From: Octopus vulgaris
Taxonomy: Eukaryota
Assembly (NCBI GenBank): GCA_951406725.2
Contig: OX597819.1
Span: forward strand, 78,182,001-78,246,000
DNA: 64,000 nt
Reading direction: 5' to 3'
Positions 38,116 to 50,499 of the stretch are shown in pieces (position 1 is the first letter of the stretch; every line of letters starts with the position of its first letter). Under the pieces are notes generated by a model, which was given only the letters and a program-made list of their open reading frames with translations, was not told the DNA's origin and ran no database searches. The position numbers were made by a program, and so were the translations under genes.

Positions 38116-38629
38116 CTGAAATTAAATAGAAAGAAAGAAAAAAAAAAAAAGAAATTAGTCAGCATCTATAACAAAAAAAAAATCAGTTTGACATTTATTA
38201 AAAAAATAGCAATATTAATAATCCAGTATTTAAATATTTACAAGTGTGGAGTCTTGAGATAACTGATACAACCAAACATCAGATTGAATTAATTATACTG
38301 TTTAATTCTTGTTTCCATAGATCAAATACTACGGAAGCTGACCAACCTTTCATCCCTCTAAGGTCAATAAATTAAGCTCTATACACTGATGCCACCAATG
38401 TAGTAACACACTTTGTCCAGGGGCATCTATGAATTGAAGTAAAGCTTGAAATTACCACCATATGTTCAGTATGCAATATTTATTCCCCATCACCCTTTAG
38501 AATAACTAGCACTTATTTTCATTGAATCAGAAGTGATGTACAGTTAAGTTGGCTTTGTCTAGGTGTGAACTTAGTTAACATATTCAGATTATTGGGTTAG
38601 ACCTAATTATCTAAGGTGATGGGGATTAT

Positions 38630-39003
38630 CTAAGGTGATGGCATGATTGTTAGCATGCCAAGCAAAATGCTTTGCAGCATTTCGTCTATCTTTATGTTCT
38701 GAGTTCAAATTCCACTGAAGTTGACTTCACTTTTTATCCTCTCAGGGTTGATAAAATAAGTTCCAGTTGAACACTGGTGTCAATGTAATCAACTTAAGTA
38801 CTCCTGGATATGAGTACGGAAATGAAAAACCGCCCTTCTGCTAAGCCATGTTGAGCCAGTGTGGCAGAGTAGGCTCATCAAACCAGTAAAATTTCAAGCT
38901 CAAATTCACAGCCTCCACATCAGCCTGTCGATAATAGAGAGAACAGGCTGAGGTCTTTGTCCAGCAGTGGACTGAACATGGGCAATCTAATCCAATCCAA
39001 TCT
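38630..39003 (+). mobile_element. SINE head and body joined to an RTE-like tail (gtccagcagtggac) with an (ATCCA)n end
   Basis: 38630-38795 matches the SINE at 6280; the 3' part differs from the other copies. Confidence 0.55.
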
Positions 39004-39790
39004 AAAGTGGAAAAGTGGAGCATTGGACATAATGCTGTGTGGTATTTATTTCAGCTTGCTGTGCTCTGAGTTCAAATCCTGTCAACATCAACTTTTGCCT
39101 TTCATCTTTTAGGGGTAATAAAAAAAAATACCAATCCAAGGTAGCAAGATTTGTGGAACTATGAGAACATCAAACCAAATATCTTGTAGATTTTGTTCTG
39201 ACTCTTCATGTTTTGAGTTTAGATCTCACCATGACCTACTGGGGTGGTAGATATAACCCTTTGCTTGGTTTACCACCACCACCTGACACTTTAGAAGCCT
39301 TTGGTAGGATCTATTTTGTTGCAAGCATTTGGACCCGGTAACGTTTTTGAGGGTACCTCCCTCCCATCAGTCTTGGAGGTCTTGTAATGAATCAAAAGCA
39401 CTACCTTATTACCTGACTGAAAGATAAAAACCCAAGGAAAAGGAAAAGCAAAATACCAAATAAGAAAAGATTTAAAAATTAACAGCTAATGATATGATAT
39501 GCATATAAGCTTATGATATAATTATGATTACAAATTTTGGCTCAAGGCCAGCAATTTCACAGGAGTGGGTAAGTTGATTACATCAATTTCAATACTCAAC
39601 TGATACTTACTTTACCAACTCTAAAAGAATGAAAGGTGAAGCTGACCTCAGCGGAATTTGAATTTAGAACATAGAGAAGGACAAAATGCCAAGAAGCATT
39701 TTGTCCAACATGCTAACAATTCTGCCAGCTAGTCTGCCTTGTAGATTATGATATAATAATAATAATAACAATTATATGATATATGATATA

Positions 39791-40022
39791 AGGCGGCAAG
39801 CTGGCAGAAACGTTAGCACGCCAGGCGAAATGCTTATGGGTATTTCATCTACCGCTACGTTCTGAGTTCAAATTCCACTGAGGTCGACTTTGCCTTTCAT
39901 CCTTTTGGGGTCGATTAAATAAGTAGCAGTTACGCACTGGGGTCGATATAATTGACTTTATCCGTTTGTCTGTCCTTGTTTGTTCTCTCTGTGTTTCGCC
40001 CCTTGTGGGTAATAAAGAAATA
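39791..40022 (+). mobile_element. tRNA-derived SINE monomer (same family as 6280-7043)
   Basis: ggcggc(a/g)agctggcagaa..gagttcaaattcc..gcctttcatcctt..ggggtcgat; other copies at ~25133-25352, 47033-47257, 60122-60345 (+) and 39530-39740, 46141-46290, 47280-47495 (-). Confidence 0.88.
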
Positions 40023-40489
40023 GATATGATATATGATATAACAATAACAATTACGATATAATAAAAAGGAACCAATTTCAGACAGACAAGAGAACAACAG
40101 GTCCACTGACTGGACTTGCTGCTAATGTTGCTAATTAGCAACGAAAAATTACATGGTTCAATTTCTGTCAATGGACCCTGTTATTCCATGTGTGTGTGTG
40201 AGACCCACTGTTTGACAACTGGTGTTCATTTGTAGATGTCCTGTAACACAGCAGTTCAGCAAAAGAGATCAATAGAATAAGTACCAGACAAAAAAGAAAA
40301 GTACGGGGGTTAATTTGTTTGACTAAATCCATCAAGACGGTGCTCCAGCAAGGCCACAATCCTCTGACTGAAACCAATTTAAATATGAAAGATCTTAGGC
40401 TTGAACTCTGCACTCTGAAACACTAACCAAATGTGTAAACTAATACACCATGTGGAAGCGTATTTTCTCCTATACATTTTATAAAAAAG

Positions 40490-40845
40490 CGTGATGGCAT
40501 TCCCCCTGGACGGGTGGTTCGTCCATGAAAGCTAGAGGTCCCGCAATTGTACGTAGACTCTCACCTTGCCTGAGGTGGACAGGTATTAATGTGTGGGCAT
40601 GCGGTGATCCACTACCAGTGGCCCAATACTGTACCACACCAATTATAGCCACATCCAGGGATGGTTAGATGGATCCGGCAAGCCCACAGCCTCCAGTGCA
40701 AGGTGGCACTGTCCACTTGAATATACCGGGCGTTTAGGTGAGGTTATGATTCGTGCATCGAGGGGTTTGCAGCCGATCCCACAGACGGATGCATTCACCC
40801 CCTGGACGCATGGTTTCATCCACGAAAGTCGGGGCCCTGCTTGTT
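40490..40845. other. GC-rich, highly self-complementary element with ~50-bp terminal direct repeats; unclassified
   Basis: 40493-40542 is repeated at 40788-40837 (offset ~296); multiple internal complementary blocks. Confidence 0.55.
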
Positions 40846-42089
40846 CCTTCGCTCGGTTGCTCTGTGTATATCTTTCTCTCACAAATTCAGATGAGTGCAT
40901 TAGCCATTTAGATGTATGTAGTAGTGTCAATATGGTCAAGATCATAGCATAGATCATGGTACTGGAAATATAACAATATCAAGATCAAAGGAAACAAAAG
41001 CATTGAGTTAAAGACTAATCACTAAATAGGTGAATCCGATACAGAATTTTTTTTTTTCTGAAGAAGAAAAAACTGTCTTCTATGGATTTGTTTCTTCTCT
41101 AGCATGGCAATTAAACGTCATCATCACCTTTATAATTTAACATCCATTTTCCATGCTGGCATGGGTTAGATGGTTTGACAGGAGCCGTCTAGGCTTCAGT
41201 TGTCTGTTTTGTCATGGTTTCTATGGCTGGATGCCCTTCTTAACACCAACCACTCTACAGAGTGTGCTGGGTGCTTCTAACACAGCTACTGACAAGTGCA
41301 TTTTATGTGGCATCAGCTTAATCTAATGAGTACATGTAATTATGTGTTTATGGATGTATATGTATTTGTGTGTGTGGGTGTGTGCATGAGAAAATGTATT
41401 TTTGGTTAATATTATTATTAATATTCAAATAATGAAGGCAGCAAGCTAGCAGAATTGACAGCATGTTTGATAAAATGCTTAGAGGTATTTCTTCTGACTT
41501 TATGTTGTTCAAATTCCGCTGAGGTCAACTTAATCTTTCATCCTTTCCAGGGTTTATAAAATAAGTACCAAGTGAGTACCGGGGTCAATATAATCAACTG
41601 GTCCACTCCTGCCAAAATTTCAGGCCTTGTACCTTATTGCAGAAAGGATTATTACTGTTCTGTCACTGAAGATTGAGTTTATAGTTTCACTTTCACCACA
41701 TTTCAGATCATAAATTCCAAATAATCTTTGGATCTTCCTTTGACAACAGGTGGGCATTAAAACGCACACAAACACTTGTTTATTGTTGAAATCAGAAACA
41801 TTATGTGAGATGTCATCTGTATCAAACAACTTATACACATATATATATCATGGACTCTCCTGTCGTTAGACGACAGATGATTTGTTTGTAGTGATCAAAT
41901 GTTTGTGTACACATAAGCTTCAATCCCTCCATCAAATCGACACTTCCTGTACAGGTGCACCATGTGCCACATGTCAGATGACGAAATGAAGTGTTTTGCT
42001 TAAGAACACAACACCCAGTCTGGGAATCGAACCCACAATCTTGCAATCGTGAGTGCAACACCCTAACCACTAAGCCATGTGCCTTCACC

Positions 42090-42120
<31 letters not shown>

Positions 42121-42210
42121 ATCCAAACATGAACAAAGAGAAACACAACAACGCGAGGACATGGAACAAATATAGTGTTATTGGACACTCAGGAAAGGAA
42201 AGAAAGAAGG

Positions 42211-42250
42211 ATGATTTAACGTTTCAAGCGGAGCTCTTCGTCAGAAACAT
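42211..42250 (-). ncRNA. Minimal hammerhead-ribozyme-like motif in a Penelope-pLTR-like repeat (42115-42320)
   Basis: atgttt-CTGACGA-A-GAGC(tcc)GCTT-GAAA-CG-TT-aaatcat, with palindromic helix III AACGTT. Confidence 0.55.
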
Positions 42251-42360
42251 AGAAAAAGGAAAGGTTCAAGGAAGGGAAGACGGAGAAAGAAAATTGCCAA
42301 CGATACACACGTGGTCACATATATATAAATTCTGTAGTCAAATAGGGCTAACATACTTAA

Positions 42361-42576
42361 CCCTTTAGCATTCAGATTACTTTGTCAAATGTAGTCTCAT
42401 TCATTCATATTGTTTTGTATTTATCATAGATCTTGTAGCTTTAAGATTTTGATGATGTGATTATTTACTTTGAGAATGATATCATAGGTTAAGTGTCAGA
42501 AGCCAGATCTAACCAGTTTGAACATAAAACAGGTAGAATAGTTGGACTGGATATGGCTTGTTTAAATGCTAAAGAG
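42361..42576. mobile_element. piggyBac-like MITE (same family as 19387-19605, opposite orientation)
   Basis: TTAA-CCCTTTAGCATT ... AATGCTAAAGAG-TTAA. Confidence 0.85.
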
Positions 42577-42829
42577 TTAATGTAGTGATCCCTAAAAATA
42601 TTTAATCAGTTAAAATTACATATGCAATGAAGAGAAAAAAACTATTAATGCTGTTACTGTTAAGAAAAGCAAGTTAACACCCTCCAGAATCCAAGTTGAT
42701 TAAACATTGAATGGGGACATGTGGTGTGTGTATGTGAAATAAAAGAATATTTTAGTAATTCTTATCGTCTTTATTTATGTCTGCTTTTGAATGCTTACAT
42801 GGGCTGGATGGTTCTTTCTTAACACACCC

Positions 42830-43200
42830 TCTAACCCTTTGTCTTCATGTCTTCCTGGGTCTTTCTCTTCCACGCTGATCCTTTTTATTGACCTTCTTTG
42901 CATTCCTTTACCTAGCTGTCACCCTTCATATGCATCACATGTCCATACCAGCACCACAAACATCTCGCTGACATGCTACGTCACATACCCTCTGATAGCC
43001 AGTCCTTTTTTTTTATCAGCTTATCTAAAATGTGTTGTTTATACATACAAGCATTGCGTATCTGCCACATTTACTGCTCATGTTTCACAGCCATCCAGTG
43101 TCACACTTCATACTCAAACATTACACTATTTTCCATTCACTGGGAAAGAAAATCCCTTTGATGTAAACAGAGGCAATAGATCCCTGAATGTTTCCCTCTG
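42830..43200 (-). pseudogene. Old, degenerate RTE ORF2 fragment
   Basis: - strand FRDLLPLFTSKGFS..LDGCET*AV, WYGHV and RPRKT align to the LINE at 30380-30760. Confidence 0.7.
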
Positions 43201-44017
43201 TTCTTATTGTGGTTGCTCTGCTCTTAGAGCACCTGTCTTCACTGCTAATTAGAAGTAATGGAAGATCAATAATTTTTAGGGACCCTTCTGAGTATATCAT
43301 CCTTATCATTTAACATCCATTTTCCATGCTGGTATTGGTTGAAAGGTTTGACTGAAAACTGGTAAGCTGTGGTGCTGCACCAGGTTCCAAAATTATTTGG
43401 CATGGTTCCTTCAATTGGTTGCTCTTCCTAACACCAACCACTCCAATAGTGTTTTTTACATGCTACTGGCATGGGTACCAGTTACAAAACACCAGCATCA
43501 GTAATGACTACGATCTCGCTTGGCTTGACAGGTCTTCTCAAGCGCAGTATATTACCAAAGGTCTGTCACTTGTCACTACGCATTTCCACTGTTATCTACT
43601 TCCTGTGCATCTACTACATAGAAAGTCTTACTTCTTTGTCAGCCTGCTTGTGAGCCACATGCATCTCTTTTACATCTACAATGTACATTTGGTAACATCA
43701 TTTAAATTCTCTGCATACTCTCTCACTTGGCTTGACAGGTCTTCTCAAGCACCGTATATTGTCAAAGGTCTCGGTCACTTGTCACTGCTTCTGTGAGGCC
43801 TAATGTTCAAAGAGTACTTCTTTACATGCCACCGGCACAGGTGCCAGTTACACTACACTGGCATCGGCCGTGACTATGATTTCACTTGGCTTAATTCTTC
43901 TAAGTTCTTGTTTCATTGCTGTTTATTGAAACTTGTAAAAACAAAGTTATTTTATAATTTGCTTATATATTAGAGCTTGAATTAGACAACGCAACTGAGA
44001 GATGCCAACTGTTTTAA

Positions 44018-44228
44018 ACCTTTTGTCATTTGGATTACTTTGTCAAATGTAATATTTATTCATTTACTTTGTTTTTGAATTAATCATACATTATTTCATT
44101 AACTTTGAGATTTCAATGATGTGATTGCTTATGATTTGAAAGATTATTGTCAGAAAGGTGTGAGAGGCCAAATCTGGTCTGTTTCAACATAAAACTGGCA
44201 GAATATGGCTGGTTTGAATGCTAAAGAG
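44018..44228. mobile_element. piggyBac-like MITE, third and more diverged copy
   Basis: TTAA flanks; body similar to 42361-42576. Confidence 0.7.
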
Positions 44229-44479
44229 TTAAACAATAAATGATTCCTGCAGTCAATAAGTTTAATGTGGAGTTGACTGTTATATTGTAGGTACTAGGGT
44301 AAAGACCCCCTTTGGTCATTAACGACCATGGAATTGCACCTAGAAAGTTAGCCTTCTAAGCAGAGGTCCGGGCAAGGTTGTTTATGGAAGACCAGCAGTT
44401 GCCAATGCATTCTAGCCCCCCCCTCTCCATGTCACTGATGTTACCCAAGAGAAAGGCAAAGCCAATATATCTTGGCACC

Positions 44480-44850
44480 AATGACGTGCTAGTGCCACAT
44501 AAGAAGCATCAGAGCTGGTGCAACATAAAAAACACTGGTGATGCCGCCACATAAAGCACTGGTACTGATTCCACATAAATAGTACTGGTGATGGTGCCAT
44601 GTAAAAAGCACCGATAATGGTGCTATGTAAAAAGCACCAGTGATGGTTCCACATATAAAGTATTGGTGCCGGTGCCATGTAAAAAGCACCCAATATTCTC
44701 TGTAAAGTGGTTGGCATTAGGAAGGGCATCCATGCAAAAACAGACAATGGAGCCTTATCAGCTCCCGTCAAACTATCCAGCCTATGCTAGCATGGAAAAT
44801 GGATGTTAAATGATGGTGGTGATGATGATGATGATAATGACGATGATGGA
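44480..44850 (+). mobile_element. RTE-3'UTR-type element with a ~27-bp tandem array
   Basis: About eight ggtgcca(c/t)(a/g)taaaaagcac-like units, then the family 3' end and (GAT)n. Confidence 0.75.
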
Positions 44851-46476
44851 TTTTTCATCTAGTATCAATCATGCACTCTGCATAACTGCTACCGGCTCAG
44901 TTGTATCTCTTTCATGTGTTGACAAACACCTGCAATTACTACATCAAGCAGCTAAATTATCCTTCAAGCCTTAACCTGTCATACTACAATAAAAGATACA
45001 TTGGACTGGATAATTTAATTTGAAACAAAATACAGTATAGTGATGGTAGGAATGCTTTCGGTCACTGGACAGCTTGTTTAAGGCTGACCTGAAGCTGGAC
45101 AGCAGTATCTGCTTTCCCAAGGTACACAATGGCATTTATCAGATTCATAAGTTTGACACTCTTTAACTAGTTTCAGCTCAAGAGCTGTGTTCATGCTGGG
45201 ACACTGAATCAACTGGTAGATATAGGTGATATAGTGGGAGGTATAAGTTAGACTTCCACTTTGTAGATATTAGATTTGAATTCAGAATTTAAAGAGGCAG
45301 AAGAAATAAACACAAGGTACTTTTTCTGATGCCCTAACAATTCTGCCAAAATGATAAGGATAACTAAGGTGGCAAGCTGGCAGAATCGTTAGCATGTTGG
45401 GGCAAAATGCTTAGTAGTGTTTCATCTATCTATGTTCTGAGGTCAAATTCCACCAAGGGCAACTTAGCCTGTCCTTTCGGGGTTGATAAAATAAGCACCA
45501 TTTGAACACTGGGGTTGATGCAATCAACTTACTCCTTCCCTAAAATTGCTGGCCTTGTGCCAATATTTGAAACCAATATGGTAAGGATAATAATAATAAT
45601 GATGATGATTTCCTATTTAGGCCAAATGCAACCAATTCTGAGAGTAAGGGCTTAATTGAAACCATTGATCCCAGTACTTGGCTGGTACTTTATTTTACTG
45701 ACATTTACTGGCAGAATTTGCATTCAGAACATAAACAGCAAGAACAATGCTCCAAGGATTCTACCAATACACCTGCTAATAATAATTTTTTTCTAATTTA
45801 TGGCACAAGGCCAGCAATTTTGAAAAAGTGGTGTTAATTGATTACATCGACCCTAGTACTCAAATGGTACTTATTTTATCACCAAAAGGATGAACAGCAA
45901 AGTTGACCTTGGCAGAATTTGAACACAGAGTGTAAAGACAGTAAACAAGAATTCTTTCCTCTTTTGACATAAGGCCAGTGTCTGAGGGAGAGGGGTAGTT
46001 GATAACATTGACCTCTGTATTCAACCTGAACGGATGAAAGGCAAAGTTGACCTTCACAGCATTTCAACTCTGAACATAAAGAGTTGGAAGAAATGTCGCT
46101 AAACATTTCGTCTAATGCATTAATGACTCTGATAACGATATCATTATCAACTGGTACTTGTTGTATCAACCCAAAAGCGATGAAAAGCAAAGTTGATCTT
46201 GGCAGAATTTGAACTCAGAATGTAAGGGCAGACAAAATGCCACTAAGCATTTTTCCCGGTGTGCTAACAATTCTGCCAGCTCACTGCCTTGAATCTGATA
46301 ATATAATAATAGGCACAGGAGTGGTTGTGTGGTAAGTAGATTGCTTACCAACCACATGGTTCCGGTTTCAGTCCCACAGCGTGGCACCTTGGCCAAGTGT
46401 CTTCTACTATAGCTATGGGCCGACCGAAGCCATGTGAGTGGATTTGGTAGATGGAAAGTGAAAGAAGCTTGTCGTG

Positions 46477-46537
<61 letters not shown>

Positions 46538-48950
46538 ATCTATATGTTTGTGTGTCTGTGTCCCCCACCATCGCTTGACAACCAATGTTGGTGTGTTTAA
46601 GTCCCCGTAACTTAGCAGTTCGGCAAAAGAGACTGATAGAATAAGTACTAGGATTACAAAGAATAAGTCCTGGGGTTGATTTGTTTGACTAAAATGGCGA
46701 TGCTCCAGCATGGCTGCAGTCAGATGACTAAAGCAAATAAAAGAATAATTGTTTCTAAAGATTCTGCCATCACACTGCCTAATAATAATAAAAATAATAA
46801 TAATAATAATTCTTATCTTTTCAAATTTTGGAACAAGGCCAACAGTTTTAAGTTAAATACCAGTTGAACATTAGAGTCAATTACAGTGACTCTAATGCTC
46901 AAATGGTATTTAATTAATAGACCCCAAAAGCGGAATCAACCCCAACAGAATTTTAATTCAGAACATAAAGAGTCACGAGAAATACCACTAAGAATTTTGC
47001 CCAGCAAGCTAAATATTCAACGAGCTCACTGCCGGCGAGCTGGCAGAACCGTTAGCATGCCGGGTGAAATGCGTAGCCGTATTTCGTCTGCCGTTACGTT
47101 CTGAGTTCAAATTCCGCCGAGGTCGACTTTGCCTTTCATCCTTTTGGGGGTCGATAAGTACCAATTATGCACTGGGGTCGATGTAATTGACTTAATCCGT
47201 TTATCTGTCCTTGTTTGTCCCCTCTATGTTTAGCCCCTTGTGGGTAATAAAGAAACAAATAATAATAACAATAACAATCCTTTCTATTATAGGCACAAGG
47301 CCAAAAATTTTGTGGGAAGGAGGTTCGTCAATTATATTGACCCCAGTGCTCAACTGGTACTTATTTTATTGATCCCAAATGGATAAGAGATAATGTCAGC
47401 CTCGGCAGAATTTGAACTCTGAACATAAAGATGCTTAGTGAAACGTCGCTAAGCATTTTGTCCTGCATGCTAACAATTCCGCCAGCTTGCCACCTCAATG
47501 ATAATAAATAAACAAGGGGATTTTTTTTGCTTTCGTTATTGCCCTTGTAGTAACAAATATATGATGGATTTCCTTTCTAAATATTGTAGAGTTTACAGAG
47601 GCAGAGTGAGAAGGAGAGGGTTATGTGGAGGTTAGAGACACAGTGGACATGTAAAAGTGGGGTGTGTGAAAGGAAAGAAGGACGTAAAAAGAGAAAGAAA
47701 GACAAGATTACAAGAGCAATCTGCTCTTGGAAAGGAAGCAGATAATTCTAAACAAAGTATGTATGTATCTGCAAATAACTGCTTTTGTGTGTATGTGTAT
47801 ATATATATATATATATTTAATGAACCTATGTGTGTATGTGTATTGACAAGTAGCCATAACCTTTCAGATAGTATGAAGCCCATATTTAATGTGGATAGGA
47901 AAATGAGGTGTAACATTCATGCCTGGGCTGAACATAATTGTTTTAGGGATACAGAGCAGAGAACTGTGCGTGTATGTGTGTGTATATGTGGTGATTACAT
48001 ACATTCATATATCCATGATTGTTTACAATGAAACATTGTGTGTGTGTGTGTGGCCAGCACATACACACAGACACACACTCATGTATATACACACACATAC
48101 ACATGTAGAGGTTACACATGCGAAAAGGAGGTTGAGCGAGGTGTGAGGTACAAGTGAACCTATGTACTCGAGGGAAAGAAAGTGTGATGTGCACATGGTG
48201 AAGGAGATACAAGGTGTCAGAGTGTCTTAATAAATGTGTTTACATGAACTGAATCTACTTGTTAAACTATTGTAAATAGAGGGTATGGCTGTGACAGTTA
48301 CATTACAGTGGCAGTGGAGGTGTCGATGGGGGTGGAGGTCGAGTGACTGTCCAATACGGGGTGGTGGGTGTAATGGTAGTAGCTTCTGTGCTGAAGTAAT
48401 GCCAGTCCACATACTGGGGTGATTTACTCTCTCTAATCTTGGTGTTGTATTGCAGGTGCAGGTACAGCTGTGTGGTTAAGAAGATTGTTTAGCAACCACC
48501 TGGTTTCAGGTTCAGTCCTCCCCTGTACAGTCACCTTGGGCAAGTGTTTTCTACTTAAAGCTCCAGCTGGTAAACAGAAACTGTGTGGAAGCCTGTGTTG
48601 TGTGTGTGTATACATACATATATATAAAGGTGCATGGCTTAGTGGTTAGGGTATTTGGCTCGTGGTTGCAAGGTTGTGAGTTCAATTCCCTGCAACACAT
48701 CGCATCCTTGAGCAAGGCATTTTATTTCACCTTGCTCCAGTCTACGCAGCTGGCAAAAATGAGTAGTACCTGTATTTCAAAGGACCAGCCTTGTCACACT
48801 TCATTTCATGCTGAATCTCCCTGAGTGCTATGTTAAGGGTAGACATGTCTATGGAGTGCTCAGCCACTTGCACATTAATTTCATGAGCAGGCTGTTCCAT
48901 TGATCGGATCAACTAGAATCCCCACCATTGTAACCACCAGAGTGCCAGTG

Positions 48951-48981
<31 letters not shown>

Positions 48982-49449
48982 AAATCTTTAAAGAGATTTG
49001 TTGTGTGAGAAGGTACAAAGAAAACAAAGCATTTTCCTTTTCTAGTTTACTTTGTACCTTCTTGCATTGTTCCGGCCTTACACAACAAATCACTCTAAAG
49101 TTATACCACAATGCTTCGCCAAAACCATTACATTATATATGTATGTATATGTGTGTGTAATTATGTGTGTATATGTATATGTGTGTGTATATATATATAT
49201 ATGTATGTAGGTATATATACAGGGTTGGCCAAAGTCACCTGAGAGTAAATCAAACTTCCATAAATACTTTATATCCAATTCTATTTATTCATTCCAATTA
49301 TGAATATTTAATAATTGAATGCTGTGAGTTAAAAATCACCGTTTTTTTCTCAACATGTATCTAGTCATTAGCAGTCTCATATAAAATATTTTTTTGTTTT
49401 AATCTTGGAATTAAATGGTTTTGATTTACTGTCAGCTGTATGTATGTAA

Positions 49450-49494
<45 letters not shown>

Positions 49495-50499
49495 TAGGCA
49501 TGGATGTGTAGTAGGAACTTTGCTTCTCAGACAAACCCAGGCTACATCATGTAATAATTGTAAATGATTGTCACTGTGAAACTGTGTCATTTATTTCCAA
49601 TATGCTGCCAGACGATGTTTGGCTTTGGAGAAATATTATCTTGCTTGGAAACAGGTTAGAGTTGGTGATAGTAAAGGCATCCGACTGTTGAAAATCTGCC
49701 TTAATAAACCTTGTCCAATCCATGCAAGCATGGAAAAGTGTTTGTTAAATTGTTGACATTCATCATCATCATTTAGCGTCCGCTTTCCATGCTAGCATGG
49801 GTTGGACGGTTCAACTGGGGTCTGGAAAGCCAGAAGGATGCACCAGGCCCAGTCTGATCTGGCAATGTTTCTACGGCTGGATGCCCTTCCTAACGCCAAC
49901 CACTCCATGAGTGTAGTGGGTGCTTTTTACATGCCACCGGCACAGGTGCCAGATGGGGCTGGCAAACGGCCACGGTCGGATGGTGCTTTTTACGTGCCAC
50001 TGGCACGGGGGCCAGGCGAGGCTGGCAACGGCCATGATCGGATGGTGCTTTATATATATATATGTATATATATAGGCGCAGGAGTGGCTGTGTGGTAAGT
50101 AGCTTGCTTACCAACCACATGGTTCCGGGGTCAGCCCCACAACATGGCACCTTGGCCAAGTGTCTTCTACTATAGCCTCGGGCTGACCAAAGCTTTGTCA
50201 GTGGATTTGGTAGACGGAAACTGAAAAAAGCCCATCATATATGTGTGTGTGTGTTTGTCCCCCCAACATCGCTTGACAACCGATGGTGGTGTGGTTACGT
50301 GCCCGTAACTTAGTGGTTTGGCAAAAGAGACCGATAGAATAAGTACTAGGCTTACAAAGAATAAGTCCTGGGGTCGATTTGCTCAACTAAAGGCAGTGCT
50401 CCAGCATGGCCGCAGTCAAATGTCTGAAACAAGTAAAAGTGTGTGTGTGTATGAATGGAGACAGCTGCATCAAGTGGTGCCAATATCTAATTACAGAGG

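Noticed and set aside
40490-40845. 7SK, 7SL, telomerase RNA, or a canonical HDV/twister/pistol ribozyme
   Set aside because: Diagnostic motifs (7SK GAUC stem ends, a full CTAACCCT template, the HDV L3/J4-2 layout, the twister L4) could not be placed; kept as unclassified
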